Shown piece after piece: positions 43,791 to 57,188 of a stretch of DNA of 64,000 bases. The notes under the pieces were generated by a model that was given only the letters and a program-made list of their open reading frames with translations, ran no database searches and had not been told where the DNA came from. Source of the stretch: Owenia fusiformis (taxonomy: Eukaryota); assembly GCA_903813345.2 (NCBI GenBank), contig CAIIXF020000001.1:46934001-46998000 (forward strand). The letters are read 5' to 3'. A program made the position numbers and the translations under genes. Each line of letters starts with the position of its first letter. Position 1 is the first letter of the stretch.

Positions 43791-46743
43791 CACAGGCTGG
43801 TATCGAAAGATTTGTCCGCTGTGACGGAGCGTGCTATTTTGCATAGAAACACTAGGAAATCCACACAATTTATTTTTTACTCATATGTTTTGCTATATCA
43901 AAGAAAATTACTGACTCCATGCAATGAATATATCATTTTCGGGTAACTTTAACTTCTGTTTGAAGTCCAACAATGCTAAGAGTAAAAGCTATTGAAAACG
44001 GCGTCGGAGTATCATACTCCAAAATGTACCATTTCTTTTATTTCTTTTTAATGGTAGAATATAGCGACTCAATAATATTAACATATGTTTTCAGCATAAC
44101 TCTGAAGGTAATAATGATATCTTTATTTATTGGGTATCTTTAATTTCTTTTATAAAAAATAATGTTTAAATTTTTTGTCAGCTGTGACGGAGTAGTTTCA
44201 AATCTGAAATACGTTAAGAATTTAGATTTATAATATATCTCTTTACAACTACACTTTAGAGGAGCGAGCGTGTCAAATTTTTTTCGTAAAGTATTCTGAA
44301 AAATAAAACGTAATAAAAGTACACAATTTAAATTCTGAGATGTATATACGACCACTCTTTAAGCTTCTTTTCTCAGTTTGTACTGCAATCAAACTTATGC
44401 ATGGTAACTCATGAAAATGATAGTCAACTTCATTTCAGTATAGGGTATTTGCCTTTCGTAGTGATTACTGTGGATCCATCACCTGACATGGTCATTTTTA
44501 CAGTAACTTTATTATTTGAAGTAGGATTATTTGCTGAAGATGAAGCTAAATACATATAATGGTATGGACTGCGGATTGTTCTACCCTCTTTAGTCGTTCC
44601 AAAAGGTAAGTGGAGTGTATCTTGAAATACGAAAATGCAAAATTTGATTTTAAATAATTACAAATAAAATGCGTATTGGGATCATCTTATATACAGTAAT
44701 ATCATGGGGTAAAAGGTTATACATCTGTCGGAATGCAGGGTGTCTGTGCGCTATTTCGAATAAATTCATATTAGCCCTATTTGCACTACTCGTGACATTC
44801 CAAGACGTCGTGGCAAAAACGTATTAGAAATATTATGTTGAGTTTACACCATGTTGATTAATGTTGATTTCAGTACAAACCTCCGAAAAATGCAGAGTGG
44901 TCGTTTTTATATCTCAGATTTACATTACCCCAGATCTCCCAGAGGCTACTTGTCATAATTTAGGATAGTGATTTTTGACGTTCTCTCTTCTAAAGGTACT
45001 TTTAAAAGATATAATTTGAATGTTAAATTCTTAACGTAGTTCACAGTTAAAACTGCTCCGTCACAGCTGACAAATAATGTAAACATTATTTTTTATAAAA
45101 AATATTGAAAATACCCAATACATCAAGATATCATTAATACCTTCAGAGTTATGGTGAAAACATATGTAAATATTATCGTGTCACTATTCACCTTTCCCCA
45201 AAGTCAGCTCATGAATATTATAATTAGCAAATCTGAAATCTCTGACGTCAGAGTAGGGCAGATTTTCGCGGGAAAATCTAAACACATTAGGAGTCAATGT
45301 GAATCGTGACGGAAACGGGTTACTTTTATTGTCAAATTATGTTGAATAGTAATAATATTTATGATAAATGTCATGGAATTGAATTAATTATACTCACGTC
45401 TATATTCCCCCTTCTTTATATTGTTCTGGGAAATCAAATAAAAAGAGAAATATTAATGTGAAGAGTCCAATGTTTCCTGTACATTTTCAAATTACGCCGA
45501 CTGTACAAAACCCCATGTTTAGTTCTTGACTGTCAAAATGTCAACATCTCATGGTAATCTTAAGTTCGTGTAATATTTTCTCATGGGGTGAAGAAGGGGA
45601 TACGGCTTAACCTTGAAGAAAAAGTATTCGACTCTCAAATCTGGGCCAACGGTGCGTTATTATCGCTTACGTTCAGCCAGCTATTGTACCACATGACAAT
45701 GTTACTTTTATGTCTGCCAAAGAATTTGACAATGGTTACATGAGTGATGACTAATTTCACTGAACAATGTTAAAGCCGTTCATGTATGCTTTGAGACAAT
45801 GTACCAGAGTTGCTTGTTTTACCCACGATCGTCTATTTCAAGAGATTTATCTCTTGAAAAGCCCATGGGCGTTCTTATAAATATCGATCTTTAAGAGAAC
45901 TATCAGGATATTTTTGGACGTAGACCTACAAGAGAGAAACTCCGGCAATTCAAGCCCGTAGTCAGGATTTACTTTGGGGAGCTGTTTTACTAAGGGGTAA
46001 CTTTTTGACTACGGGCCTGTAATTAAGCTTTGAATTGCAATTAAAATGCAAAAATGGAAGTGGACTCTGACATTTAAAACTGTTCCTCATATACTTTTTA
46101 TTAGAAACATAATGAACTATTTAATTGAATAATCATGATAAATGTATATTATTGTTTGAATGATTGTCATGATCTGGTTTGCGTAGTTGGATTCACTTTG
46201 TTCAAAGATGAGCACTCATATCACAATTATTTCTATGGTTTGATTTACCGGATGGTGTATTTAAGACACAGCTTAAGACAAAATAGTCAGAAAAATATAT
46301 TTCACTTAGTTTTGTTATCATTTTATAATGAGATCTATTTCACTCAATCGGCGATCTAATACTAATTGAAGTTTTGGCGCGAAATGTGCCCTGCTTTGAC
46401 GTCATTGATTTTCATCGTCCAATCAGCGCAGCGGTCAAATGAGTACACTTTGGACTTTGGGGAAAGGTGAATATTGTACCATTAAAAAGAAATAAAAGAA
46501 AAGGTACATTTTGGAGTATGATACCCCGGCGCCGCTTTCAATAGCTTTTACTCTTAGCATTGTTGGACTTCAAACAAAAGTTAAAGTTACCCGCAAATGA
46601 TATACCCATTGCATAGAGTAAGAAATTTATTTTGGTAAAGCGGAACATATGAGTAAAAAAATAAATTGTGTGAGTTTCTTAGTGTTTCTATGCAAAATAG
46701 CACGCTCCGGCACAGCGGACAAATTTTTCGATACCAGCCTGTG
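43791..46743. mobile_element. CAC-terminated long-TIR element with 5-bp TSD (Transib-like), non-autonomous
   Basis: Termini CACAGGCTGGTATCGAAA / TTTCGATACCAGCCTGTG; ATAAC at 43786-43790 and 46744-46748; ~400-bp inverted arms, the right arm interrupted at 45187-46471. Confidence 0.8.
45187..46471. mobile_element. TIR element inserted in the right arm of the Transib-like element
   Basis: TIRs TTCACCTTTCCCCAAAGTC / GACTTTGGGGAAAGGTGAA flanked by TA. Removing it restores the reverse complement of the left arm around 44050-44070. Confidence 0.75.
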
Positions 46744-47155
46744 ATAACCCCTATGTCAGCTTTGGGGATATAAGTCTAATTATAGTAGGTCACAATTGTT
46801 GATATATGTATCAAATGAAAGCAAATTAGTTTACAAATGCAATATTATTGAGTTATTTTACCATTTTGATAGGTATTGGTAATATTATAGCCTAAATAAC
46901 GCGGAGAAATCTGCATCAAGTAGTTAATATTTACTCATTTCAAGACATTTTGGAGATGATGCTGCCTATTATAGGCTAAAATTATCATGATATGATCAAT
47001 AATGATGCTGTACCTATATAACATAACTTACCTGACATTCTGAATGGCAGACAATGCAATAATAGACACCAGAGGAAATTATGGAAATGCATTCTATATC
47101 ATGGGTTATGGCAAAATTTCAACTGAAGCAAATATCAATTTATGTAACAATCTTA

Positions 47156-48241
47156 CCCTACTATCACACCAAACTAGTTCTCACTACATACGTTCTCGAA
47201 AACGGGCTTTAACTGTGCACGAACGGATTTGACGTACTAAGAACCCACTAAGAACCGTTTGGGATCTGTTTAAAAACTTCATGAAACTACTCGAACGAGT
47301 AGGTCCTCCAGAACTTAGAGCATGCTCAAAATTTTCTGGTGATCGTCACGTTGTGCAATCAGAACGAGTGACAAAACGTACTTAAGACGACCTGGACCAC
47401 TGGGGACACACTATGAACGTAACGGAAGCGTCGTACTTCAATCCTACCAGGGACGTATTACGACGTTGTGTAGTCAGGCGTTAATTGCAGCCGTGAGTAC
47501 CCCAATCTAGTCCGTTTGTAGCTCGTTCATTTTGTTCGTAGACAGACCCAACTCGATCGAATAACGTCCTTCCCGTGTTTAAATTTGGTGGATAATTTAG
47601 TAACATATTAGGACGCATTGAGAACGAGGTACAACTAATTGTCAACTGGTTTAAACTGATTATATAAGGACGTAATTGAACTGCTTGGATAGGTTGTGTA
47701 GACGAGACGAACGCACAATTTAACCAGATCTAAACTTGATATCAACGTACTGCTGACGGAATAAAGACGAGATGAACGTATTAAAAACTGCTTATGAACG
47801 AATTAACAAAAATAGCTATCACACCAGAACCAGTTGTCACTGCGTTCTTCAAAACGTTGCCGAATCGGTTTTAAACTGTGTGCGAACTGAATGGACGTAG
47901 CTACAAGGTTCTACGGTCTGTTTACGAACTTCATGGACTTTCCCGGACGGGGAATGTGATTTAGAATTTTGAGTCGATTCAAAATTCGATGGCGACCAAA
48001 CCGTTCTGTTATCAGGTCATGATGACCTTCTAGACTGAGGGATGCGTTATACGACGTTACACACCGACGTGGTGCGACCTGAACGAACTGCGAATGAGAT
48101 GGACGTATCGAAGACTGTTTATGAAGGAAGTAGCTAATTATTTTAGACATATTTCCCGACCACAGCCAGATTGAGCCCGTTTTACGACATTTTCGTAGGA
48201 CCGGAAAGAAGGGTAAGAACTAGTTTGGTGTGATAGGGGGG
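47156..48241. mobile_element. MITE family A, longer copy, reverse orientation
   Basis: Both TIRs present; TTA on both flanks (47153-47155, 48242-48244). Confidence 0.85.
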
Positions 48242-50012
48242 TTACTTCATAACAAACTACAATGCATAAAAATAGGTTCCATGATTATTTTAGAGCTATA
48301 CAATGATTTACATGCAATATTATGTATTAAGCTCAAAACTGTTACTACTACTACGGAAATGACCATGGAATCACCTATAGCCATTCATATCTTATGAACC
48401 ATACAACACTTTGTTGGAATTTGAATTATCTTTCAAATGATAATTTATTGATATTTCCAACATACCAGCGAAGATATTACAAAAATAAAAATATGGACGT
48501 TTAATTGGCCCACCCTGTAGTTCTCAACCGTTCTTTTCAGTCAAACAAAAAACTCGTAAAACTGGCTAAATCTGGCTGTGGTCCATAGTGATTAGCTACT
48601 TAGTTCATAAACAGTCTTCAATACGTCCATATCATTCGCAGTTCGTACGGCAATTACGTTCCTAGTCTGTCTCGTTATCTCTAGGTTATCTCGTTTGAAG
48701 TACGTTGTCGCGATTTCTAATTAAAGAATGGTATAGTCGCCATTGAATTTTGAAACGATTCAAAATTCTCAATCATCTAGCTCCTGTCCGAGCACGTCCA
48801 TGAAGTTTGTAAATAGACCGTAGAAAGTTGCAGCTACGTTCATTCCGTTCGCACAAAGTGTAAAACCAGTTCGGCAACGTTTTAAGGGCAGTGGCAACAA
48901 ATAGTTTTGTGTGATAGCTATATTTTTGCCATCTCGTTCATGAGCAGTCTTTAATAAGTATAGAAAATGCTCAAAGTCCTGGAGGACCTTTCAGTTCGAG
49001 TACGTTCATGAAGGTTGTAAATAGACCCAAAACGGTTCTTGGTACGTCCAATCCGTTCGTACGCAGTTTAGCCCGTTTTCGAGAACGGTGTGAGAACTAG
49101 TTTGATGTGATAGTAGGGTGATGTTATTATGAACTAGCACACCAAGAGACCCAAACACCAATACAATACTATAAGTAATGTACAGGTACTGTAAAACGCA
49201 TATTCATACGCTTGATTAATTGTTTCGGTCTATTGCTTCAATTCATCAGTCATGCTGGGCATCTCCCTTAGACAAAACAAGAATTTTGCAAATTGTGGGA
49301 AATATCAATTTCACTGATTTGCATATAATATTTATAATATGTAGAATACGTAGGTGAATACATTTAAACAAAACATGACATATTTCAGAGAGTTATTTAT
49401 AGTTCGTTCCGCAACGTTTGCATTAGAAAGACAACAGGTAGTCTGAGGTAGTCTTAATTCTAAAGTTCTAAGGTGTGTGGGGGTGTTCAGGGGCAAGATC
49501 AATCTTGTAGGAATTTCGCCTTTTTCTGTTGTTGTTTTATACACGTCATTGCCAAATTGATTTTCAATCATGAACAGCGTTATTACTTGAAATCTCAGAC
49601 AATCAGCTCAAATGTCAGGATGACATCTGAGACTCCAGTATGAAGATAATTACTTATTAAGAACGTCACGTTTCGTTTCATCCGCTATAGAGGCGGATCT
49701 TTATCTTATATCGTACTAGTACTTATTTCACATTTTGATTCAGGATCTGCGTGCGAGTGTTACGCGGAATATGTCATATGTTTATGGTTGCACGGTATTT
49801 GCGATACAAGTGAATATGCCATACTCATCTGCGGAATATGTGATACTCACATGCGGAGATAATGAACGAGATAATCTACTCTAAATGTAAAACTAAGCTG
49901 GACTTATCTGGTATTGTTGGCATCGTTTACATTCACTGGTCTGTAACAAAATTAGTCATATGTTTATAGTTATTTTGAAATCAAGATCTTGTTAGAACAT
50001 AAGGTACACTAA

Positions 50013-50826
50013 CCCTACTATCACACCAAACTAGTTCTCACTACGTTCTCGAAAACGGGCTTCAACTGTGTACGAACGGACTGGACCTACTAAGAACCGT
50101 TTGGGATCTATTTACAAACTTCATCGAACGTACTCGAACGGGTAGGTCCTCTAGAACTTAGACAATGCTCAAAATTTTCTCGTGGTCGTCACGTTCTACA
50201 ATTAGAACGAGTGACAACGTACTAACGACGAGCTGGACGTACTACGAACGGAGCCGTCGTACTTCAATCCTACTAGGGACGTTTTAACAACGAGTTGAAC
50301 TGTCTGAGGACGTGTTGAGAACGAGGTAGAACTTATTGCAAACGGGTTTAAACTGATTAAGAACGTATTTAACACTGCTTATGAACGAGTTAGCAAAAAT
50401 ATAGCTATCACACCAAACAAGTTGCGACTGCGTTCTTCAAAACTGGTTTTAAACTGTGTGCGAACGGAATGAACGTAGCTGCAACTTTCTAAGGTCTATT
50501 TACGAACTTTATGAACGTTCTCAGACGGGAATGTGATTTTAGAATTTTGAATCGATTTAAAATTCGATGGCGACCATACCGCTCTGTAATCAGGTCATGT
50601 TGACCTTCTAGACTAAGGGACGCGTTCTACGACGTTGCACACCGACGTGATGCGACCTGAACGAACTGCGAACGAGATGGACGTATTGAAGACTGTTTAA
50701 GAACGAAGAAGCTAATTATTTCAGACATATTTCCCGACCACAGCCAGATTGAGCCCGTTTTACGACGTTTTCGTAGGACTAGCAAGAACGGGTAAGAACT
50801 ACATGTAGTTTGGTGTGATAGGGGGG
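50013..50826. mobile_element. MITE family A, reverse orientation, very similar to the copy at 5610-6366
   Basis: Both TIRs present; flanks TAA/TTA; long runs are exact reverse complements of 5610-6366. Confidence 0.85.
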
Positions 50827-51384
50827 TTATAAACATTTTGAATTGTTGACATGTTTGCCGAGTATGTATTATCATAAAAATAATCATTAAAAATATTTTA
50901 AGAATTTTGGAACATTATGACATGTACTGGTTGACCAGATTCATACACCAATTTTTAAGAAATTCGAATAGATGGCGGGAACAGCAGGTATTAAATCGTT
51001 TTCAATTCTCTTTTATCACTGGTCATCTTGATTCACAAGGTTTCGATTGTGCCTACCTCACCTTGATAAATCTGCCCGATTTGACCGACCACTGTGGAAA
51101 TAAACCCCAGCTGAGTTCACTCTCAATATTGCTCCTCCTGGCAGTTGCCCGCAGAGTTTTGCGAGACGCCACAAAACCAATCGGCCAATCAACATACATA
51201 CGTTCAATGTTTTGTCACGCGACGAAGTGGAGCGTTCTGATTGGGTCCGTGGACTTAACAACGGGCCATGCACCGCCACATATGAATGGGAGAAACAAAT
51301 TGACCTTTTATGCCACGGGGTCTCTCGACCCAGTGGAAAGCGACGATGATCACTGGTAGGGGACACGTTGCTCTTGAACATGGT

Positions 51385-51884
51385 NNNNNNNNNNNNNNNN
51401 NNNNNNNNNNNNNNNNNNNNNNNNNNNNNNNNNNNNNNNNNNNNNNNNNNNNNNNNNNNNNNNNNNNNNNNNNNNNNNNNNNNNNNNNNNNNNNNNNNNN
51501 NNNNNNNNNNNNNNNNNNNNNNNNNNNNNNNNNNNNNNNNNNNNNNNNNNNNNNNNNNNNNNNNNNNNNNNNNNNNNNNNNNNNNNNNNNNNNNNNNNNN
51601 NNNNNNNNNNNNNNNNNNNNNNNNNNNNNNNNNNNNNNNNNNNNNNNNNNNNNNNNNNNNNNNNNNNNNNNNNNNNNNNNNNNNNNNNNNNNNNNNNNNN
51701 NNNNNNNNNNNNNNNNNNNNNNNNNNNNNNNNNNNNNNNNNNNNNNNNNNNNNNNNNNNNNNNNNNNNNNNNNNNNNNNNNNNNNNNNNNNNNNNNNNNN
51801 NNNNNNNNNNNNNNNNNNNNNNNNNNNNNNNNNNNNNNNNNNNNNNNNNNNNNNNNNNNNNNNNNNNNNNNNNNNNNNNNNNNN
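51385..51884. other. Assembly gap (500 N)
   Basis: Run of N characters. Confidence 1.
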
Positions 51885-53183
51885 AAAAAAATTCAAGTAA
51901 TATAATTATTCCACATATCCGAATATGTCTGTGTGAAGTAAAATACATATCCAACACGTTTTATAATATTTTCGTGGTTGTGGTATGAAATATCCATTTG
52001 AAAAAAAGCAATTTAATAATGATGTATCGTGTGGATCAGTGGACGTTATTATTGGACTAATATTATTATTGATACACAGGGAATCTGGACAGTTGTTCTT
52101 CTATAAATAAATCATCATGATAAAAGTATAGTTTATGATAGCATCCATTTGTTACCGTTCTTAATCCAAATGATACATATTGGCATCCGTTTAATACATA
52201 CATGATTACGTTTACGAAATGTTGTTCAAATATCTTCTCTATTACAGGAATGTTGTAACTGAAACTTTCCTATATTGTCATACTATATATATTGAATATG
52301 TATGCAATATTTCAAATCTCAATGTTAAGTAGGAACTCTGAAATCACTTACCTTGATTTGCTGTTATATTTTTGCAATGACCCCATTCCCTATAATGTAC
52401 GCGAGCACCTACGATACATTACATGTACATGACCGCATTACATATTTCTCGCCGCAGTACCACAGTGTTTGGGAGAGACTTGCCTAGCCTGCTATAACAA
52501 ACTTACCAGTGGTTGCCCACCGAATTTTTGAGATAAATAAACATGATGACACTAACCCCCTCTATCGTCAAATTTCTCAGAAAGTTCTGGTAAAATCACC
52601 AAGATCAAAATCACTCCGCCGCCAGCTTAAAATGAGATTTCCCACTGAACTTTGTCATGTTTTCAGATAAATTAGGACCTACCTTATAAATATTGAGTCC
52701 CGATTGACTTCCCAAACGCCAGATGGTGCTCCAATTGGGTAGGGGAAGAGAAAAATGACTTTTTATACAGAAAACCAAATTACTAACGGTAACCGCTAGT
52801 ATCCTTACGCAGGACTATACTAATTATTTTGTTCATAACACATACCTGACGTGTCAATAATTCGATCTGCAAAGGTTTTTTTTTTGAAAACGCATATCAT
52901 AAAACTGGATCAAGATATTTTTGACGGCAAAAAACTATCAGTCAAGTTACTATCTTAACACCGAATGGGAACTTCATCCAATAACATTCAACATTAGTAA
53001 TTTACTTGCTGAATGCTTTGAGTCCATTCTTTTCATTTTATCCAAATTAATTCTGACATCAGATACAATATAGATATATAACTATTAGTTAATATCTTGT
53101 TAGCGAATTTCAATGAGAAAACTTGTTTTCAATTCATTGAAAGAAATATATTTTTAATGAAAAGAATGTTGTATACATATATA

Positions 53184-53610
53184 CAGGGTGGGCCAAAATA
53201 TGTTACTGATTTGAAAGTGTAATAGTACCTTATTCATTATTGGCATGATTGGTCTCAAACTTTCAGAGATGACTAAGAATTTATGCAAGTTTTATTCAAT
53301 ATTAGTGGTTTTTATTTACGTCTCTACGTTTTTGGTGGCTGCCAAACAAATCATCATGTCCATTTTAGAGAAGTGCGTGTATGAAAAACTTTCACTTACT
53401 TTCACATATTTGAACAACCAGAACACGAGATTCTTGGCTGCTTATAATCCTACACAGACACAAGATAGGCCATTTATAGTGTTTAGAAAGTAACAGTTTG
53501 GTGTGCTACACAATTTCTGGTTCGAGGATGCCAAAGGGAACCCTGTGAGGGTGAATTCCGAAAGATACTAGAACTTGATCATACGAAAGTTCTTCTCACC
53601 TACACTAAGA
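53184..53610 (+). mobile_element. Tc1/mariner-superfamily transposon remnant
   Basis: TA-CAGGGTGGGCCAAAA TIR start, plus broken peptide KVTVWCA...WFEDAKGNPVRVNSERY*NLIIRKFF resembling the transposase DDD domain. No matching right TIR seen. Confidence 0.55.
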
Positions 53611-54220
53611 TGTAACATTAGCAAATAGCAAATTTAATAGGTGAGGTAAAATTCCAGCACAATTGAATTGTCACAGATTCAACAGGTCAAAATATTTTTT
53701 GTACTTTGGTGATCCTCATAGCTGGCTACAATTCAGAACTTGCATAAAATGTTGATGCTACAACTATATCATTACAAAATCAGGGTCAATGATTTCTTGA
53801 ACTACAGTTTATGAGCAGCTATGCACCTCATACACCTGTAATATCCTTTCAATACAATTTTGAGTATATTGTGGTTATAAACATGGGAACTGAGCGCGTG
53901 TGTGTTAAAGCCTACTTGCTAGGATATCTCATTATCAACATGCGAAATTTTGATAGTTGATCTCTAAAATGCTCTTAGTATAAGATAAATTAACTGATTA
54001 ACTATGATAAGACTAAATTATAATGTGGACCAATAGCGGTTTAATCGCTGAACCAATGCAAAGAGAGCAATTTGAGAAGTTATTGGATAAATAACAATGA
54101 GTAGAAAAAATGAAGGCTTTAACCATTTAGAATTTATCATTTGTACAAGTTCAAATACTATATCTAGTATATGATCAGTGAAAGTAATGTACATGTAGGT
54201 CTCATGGTCTGAAGGTTAAA

Positions 54221-57188
54221 ATGCTACAGAAAAAATTGAATTTCGTACTCTGTATTTTTGGACTATTGCAGAATTGTTACAGTCAGTCATATCAGAGAAC
54301 TGCTGTACTTGTACGTTCAGAGACTATACCAGGCGAGAACTTGTTTATTCGTGGAGGTAAGAGGTGGAGATATGGCTTTTAAATCAAATATCAGATGATA
54401 AGTGTGCTGTCATTATTTCCGATATTTTTTAGATTTTTATGTCACCACCAAAAGTGGTGACATATTGTTATGGTCTCCGTTTTTTTGCGACGGCGGTTGG
54501 CGTCCGGCGGTTGGAGGTTGGCGTCCGGCGGTTGGCGTCTGTAACAATTTCTTACAACTTCCTATAACTTAACAAATACTGTTTAGACTGACTTCAATTT
54601 TTTTCTAAATCATCTACATGTTCTCAGAAGTTCAAATCTGACTTTAGATTTGACATTCGACCTTCAATGACCTTCTCAAGGTCAAAAAGGTCTTTTTTCA
54701 ACTTGCTTCACATTGACTAGATTTTTTTTCAAAATCATCTACATGTTCTCAGAAATTCAAATCTGACTTTAGATTTGACATTTGACCTTCAAATCTGACT
54801 TTAGATTTGACATTTGACCTTCAATGACCTTCTCAAGGTCAAAAAAGGTCAAAAAGGTCTGTTTTCAACTTGCTTCAAATTGACTAAATTTTTTTTTCAA
54901 AATCATCTACGTGTTCTCAGAAATTCAAATCTGACTTAAGATTTGACTTAAGATCTGACATTTGACCTTCAATGACCTTCTCAAGGTCAAAAAAGGTCAA
55001 AAAGGTCTGTTTTCAACTTGTTTCAAATTGACTAAAAAAAATTTTCAAAATCATCTACGTGTTCTCAGAAATTCAAATCTGACTTTAGATTTGACTTAAG
55101 ATTTGATCTTCAATGACCTTCTCAAAGTCAAAAAAGGTCAAAAAGGTCTTTTTTCAACTTGCTTCAAATTGACTAAATTTTTTTTTCAAAATCATCTACG
55201 TGTTCTCAGAAATTCAAATCTGACTTTAGATTTGACATTTGACCTTCAATGACCTTCTCAATGTCAAAAAAGGTCAAAAAGGTATTTTTTCATCTTGCTT
55301 CAAATTGACTAAATTTTTTTTTCAAAATCATCTACATGTTCTCAGAAATACAAATATGACTTTAGTTTTGACTTTAGATTTGACATTTGACCTTCAATGA
55401 CCTTCTCAGGGTCAAAAAGGTCTTTTTTCAACTTGCTTCAAATTGACTAATTTTTTTTTTCAAAATCATCTACATGTTCTCAGAAATTCAAATCTGACTT
55501 TAGATTTGACATTTGACCTTTTATGACCTTCTCAAGGTCAAAAAAGGTCAAAAAGGTCTGTTTTCAACTTGCTTCAAATTGACTAAAAATTTTTTTCAAA
55601 ATCATCTAAGTGTTCTCAGAAATTCAAATCTGACTTTAGATTTGACTTAAGATTTGACATTTGACCTTCAATGACCTTCTCAAGGTCAAAAAAGGTCTTT
55701 TTTTCAACTTGCTTCAAATTGACTAATTTTTTTTTTCAAAATCATCTACATGTTCTCAGAAATTCAAATCTGACTTTAGATTTGACATTTGACCTTTAAT
55801 GACCTTCTCAAGGTCAAAAAAGGTCTGTTTTCAACTTGCTTCAAATTGACCAAATTTTTTTTTCAAAATCACCTACATCTTTTCAGAAGTTCAAATCTGA
55901 CTTTAGATTTGACCTTTGACCTTCAATGACCTTCTCAAGGTCAAAAAGGTCTTTTTTCAACTTGCTTCAAATTGACTAATTTTTTTTTCAAAATCATCTA
56001 CATGTTCTCAGAAGTTCTTCTTAAGGTCAAAAGGTATTATCCAACTTGCTTTAAATTGACCAAATTGTTTTAGGTGGTGACATTTTGTCATGTTAATGCC
56101 TTGTTAAAAAATATGTTTTCATGAACCAACCTTAAAAATCATTTAAAATACAGGTATTAGTCATGACATAAGGCCCGGGTGTGTCGAGAATGCTGAGCTG
56201 AGCGCATGCGCAATACCCATCCGACACAGAAGAGTTCCAATTGCTGGCGAATCGAGCGCCCCCTATGTTTGGTCTCAAGGAGACAACTATCTAGATTGGT
56301 ATGGTGCGGAGAATTATCAGGGACGATTCCAAGGACAAATTGCGGCTGGAACTCCTATGATTTGGACCACCGACAGGTAGACGATCTTGAGATCAACTGT
56401 GATTTGAAATATATTTATTCCAACCATGGATTACAAGAAACTTACTCTTTTTAGTAATTCTCAAGATGGCCCTTAAATTAAAAAAGTGAGATTTTCTCAA
56501 AAGGAGACTGCCTATTTTACGAGTGATTTGATAAGATATTTGTTCGGTGGGATCTGTTGTTACTAAACTAAGAGTTTGTCTTTTTCAAATTAAACGTGGA
56601 TTTGCTGATTTTATGGGTTATTTGTATACGAGCATATTTAAACCAGTTCTTCAGGTCCTATCGTGGACATCGATGGCTATGGCTATACCGGGTTGAATGT
56701 CTATGGAAATCACTATTGGATGCTTGATGTTGACATGGACTGTGCCAAAACTGAAGGAAATTGGTTTGAGTTCAAGGTTTGTCACATTTTTATGTCTTAG
56801 ATTATATCTAGCTGATCTGTCATTTTAGAATCATAACGTCAAATGGTGCATTGGATTCAAGTTTGAATTTGTCAAGTTTTCTGTGTATAGATTGAAGATC
56901 TACCATAACCTCTATCCACATTGAACAAAATTTTAATAGCCTGATTTGTTGCCAAAATCGAATTTGAACAACTCTATCAAATGCAGGTGTACACAGATCC
57001 TACATCTGGTTGGGAGCCGGACATCACTCAGAGCATGGCATGTGGCGGAGAAGCTGGTGGAACTAGACCCTTTGCATCCACTAATCACGTGGCTCAATGT
57101 GGCAAATTCAATATGTTTTACTACGATAATTACGGTTGCATTATCGGTGAAATACCAACCAGTACCCCAACTCCTCTTCCACCAGACA
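54221..57188 (+). CDS. Secreted protein consisting of an alpha-amylase C-terminal-extension-type domain plus Pro/Thr linker; exons 54221-54356, 56154-56376, 56647-56776, 56987-57188 (continues via a donor at 57189, or reads on to a stop at 57259)
   Basis: Signal-peptide-like [21 protein letters not shown], then [23 protein letters not shown]...CAIPIRH...[16 protein letters not shown]...GTPMIWTT...[35 protein letters not shown]...GWEPDITQ..C....[17 protein letters not shown]. Phases 1, 2, 0 are consistent. The ORF track mostly misses it. Confidence 0.8.
54434..56105 (+). mobile_element. HINE-like element carrying a tandem array (~11 units of ~125-170 bp) in intron 1 of the secreted-protein gene
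   Basis: 5' ATGTCACCACCAAAAGTGGTGACAT hairpin, GGCGGTTGGCGTCC microrepeats, repeated unit marked by AATCATCTAC between ~54600 and 56050, 3' GGTGGTGACAT subTIR. Confidence 0.75.

Larger units (their letters stand above)
43551..48517. mobile_element. Tc1/mariner-type non-autonomous element carrying further nested insertions
   Basis: TIRs CAGGGTGGGCCAA..AACGTCCAT / ATGGACGTT..TTGGCCCACCCTG with TA duplicated at 43549-43550 and 48518-48519. Confidence 0.85.
43531..49118. mobile_element. MITE family A copy split by nested insertions (43531-43550 + 48520-49118)
   Basis: Left TIR CCCCCTATCACACCAAACTA stops at 43550 and resumes as GTTCTC at 48520. Right TIR ends GTGATAGTAGGG at 49118. Confidence 0.8.

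Noticed and set aside
51058..51988. Long ORFs spanning X runs
   Set aside because: Artefacts of the 500-N gap.
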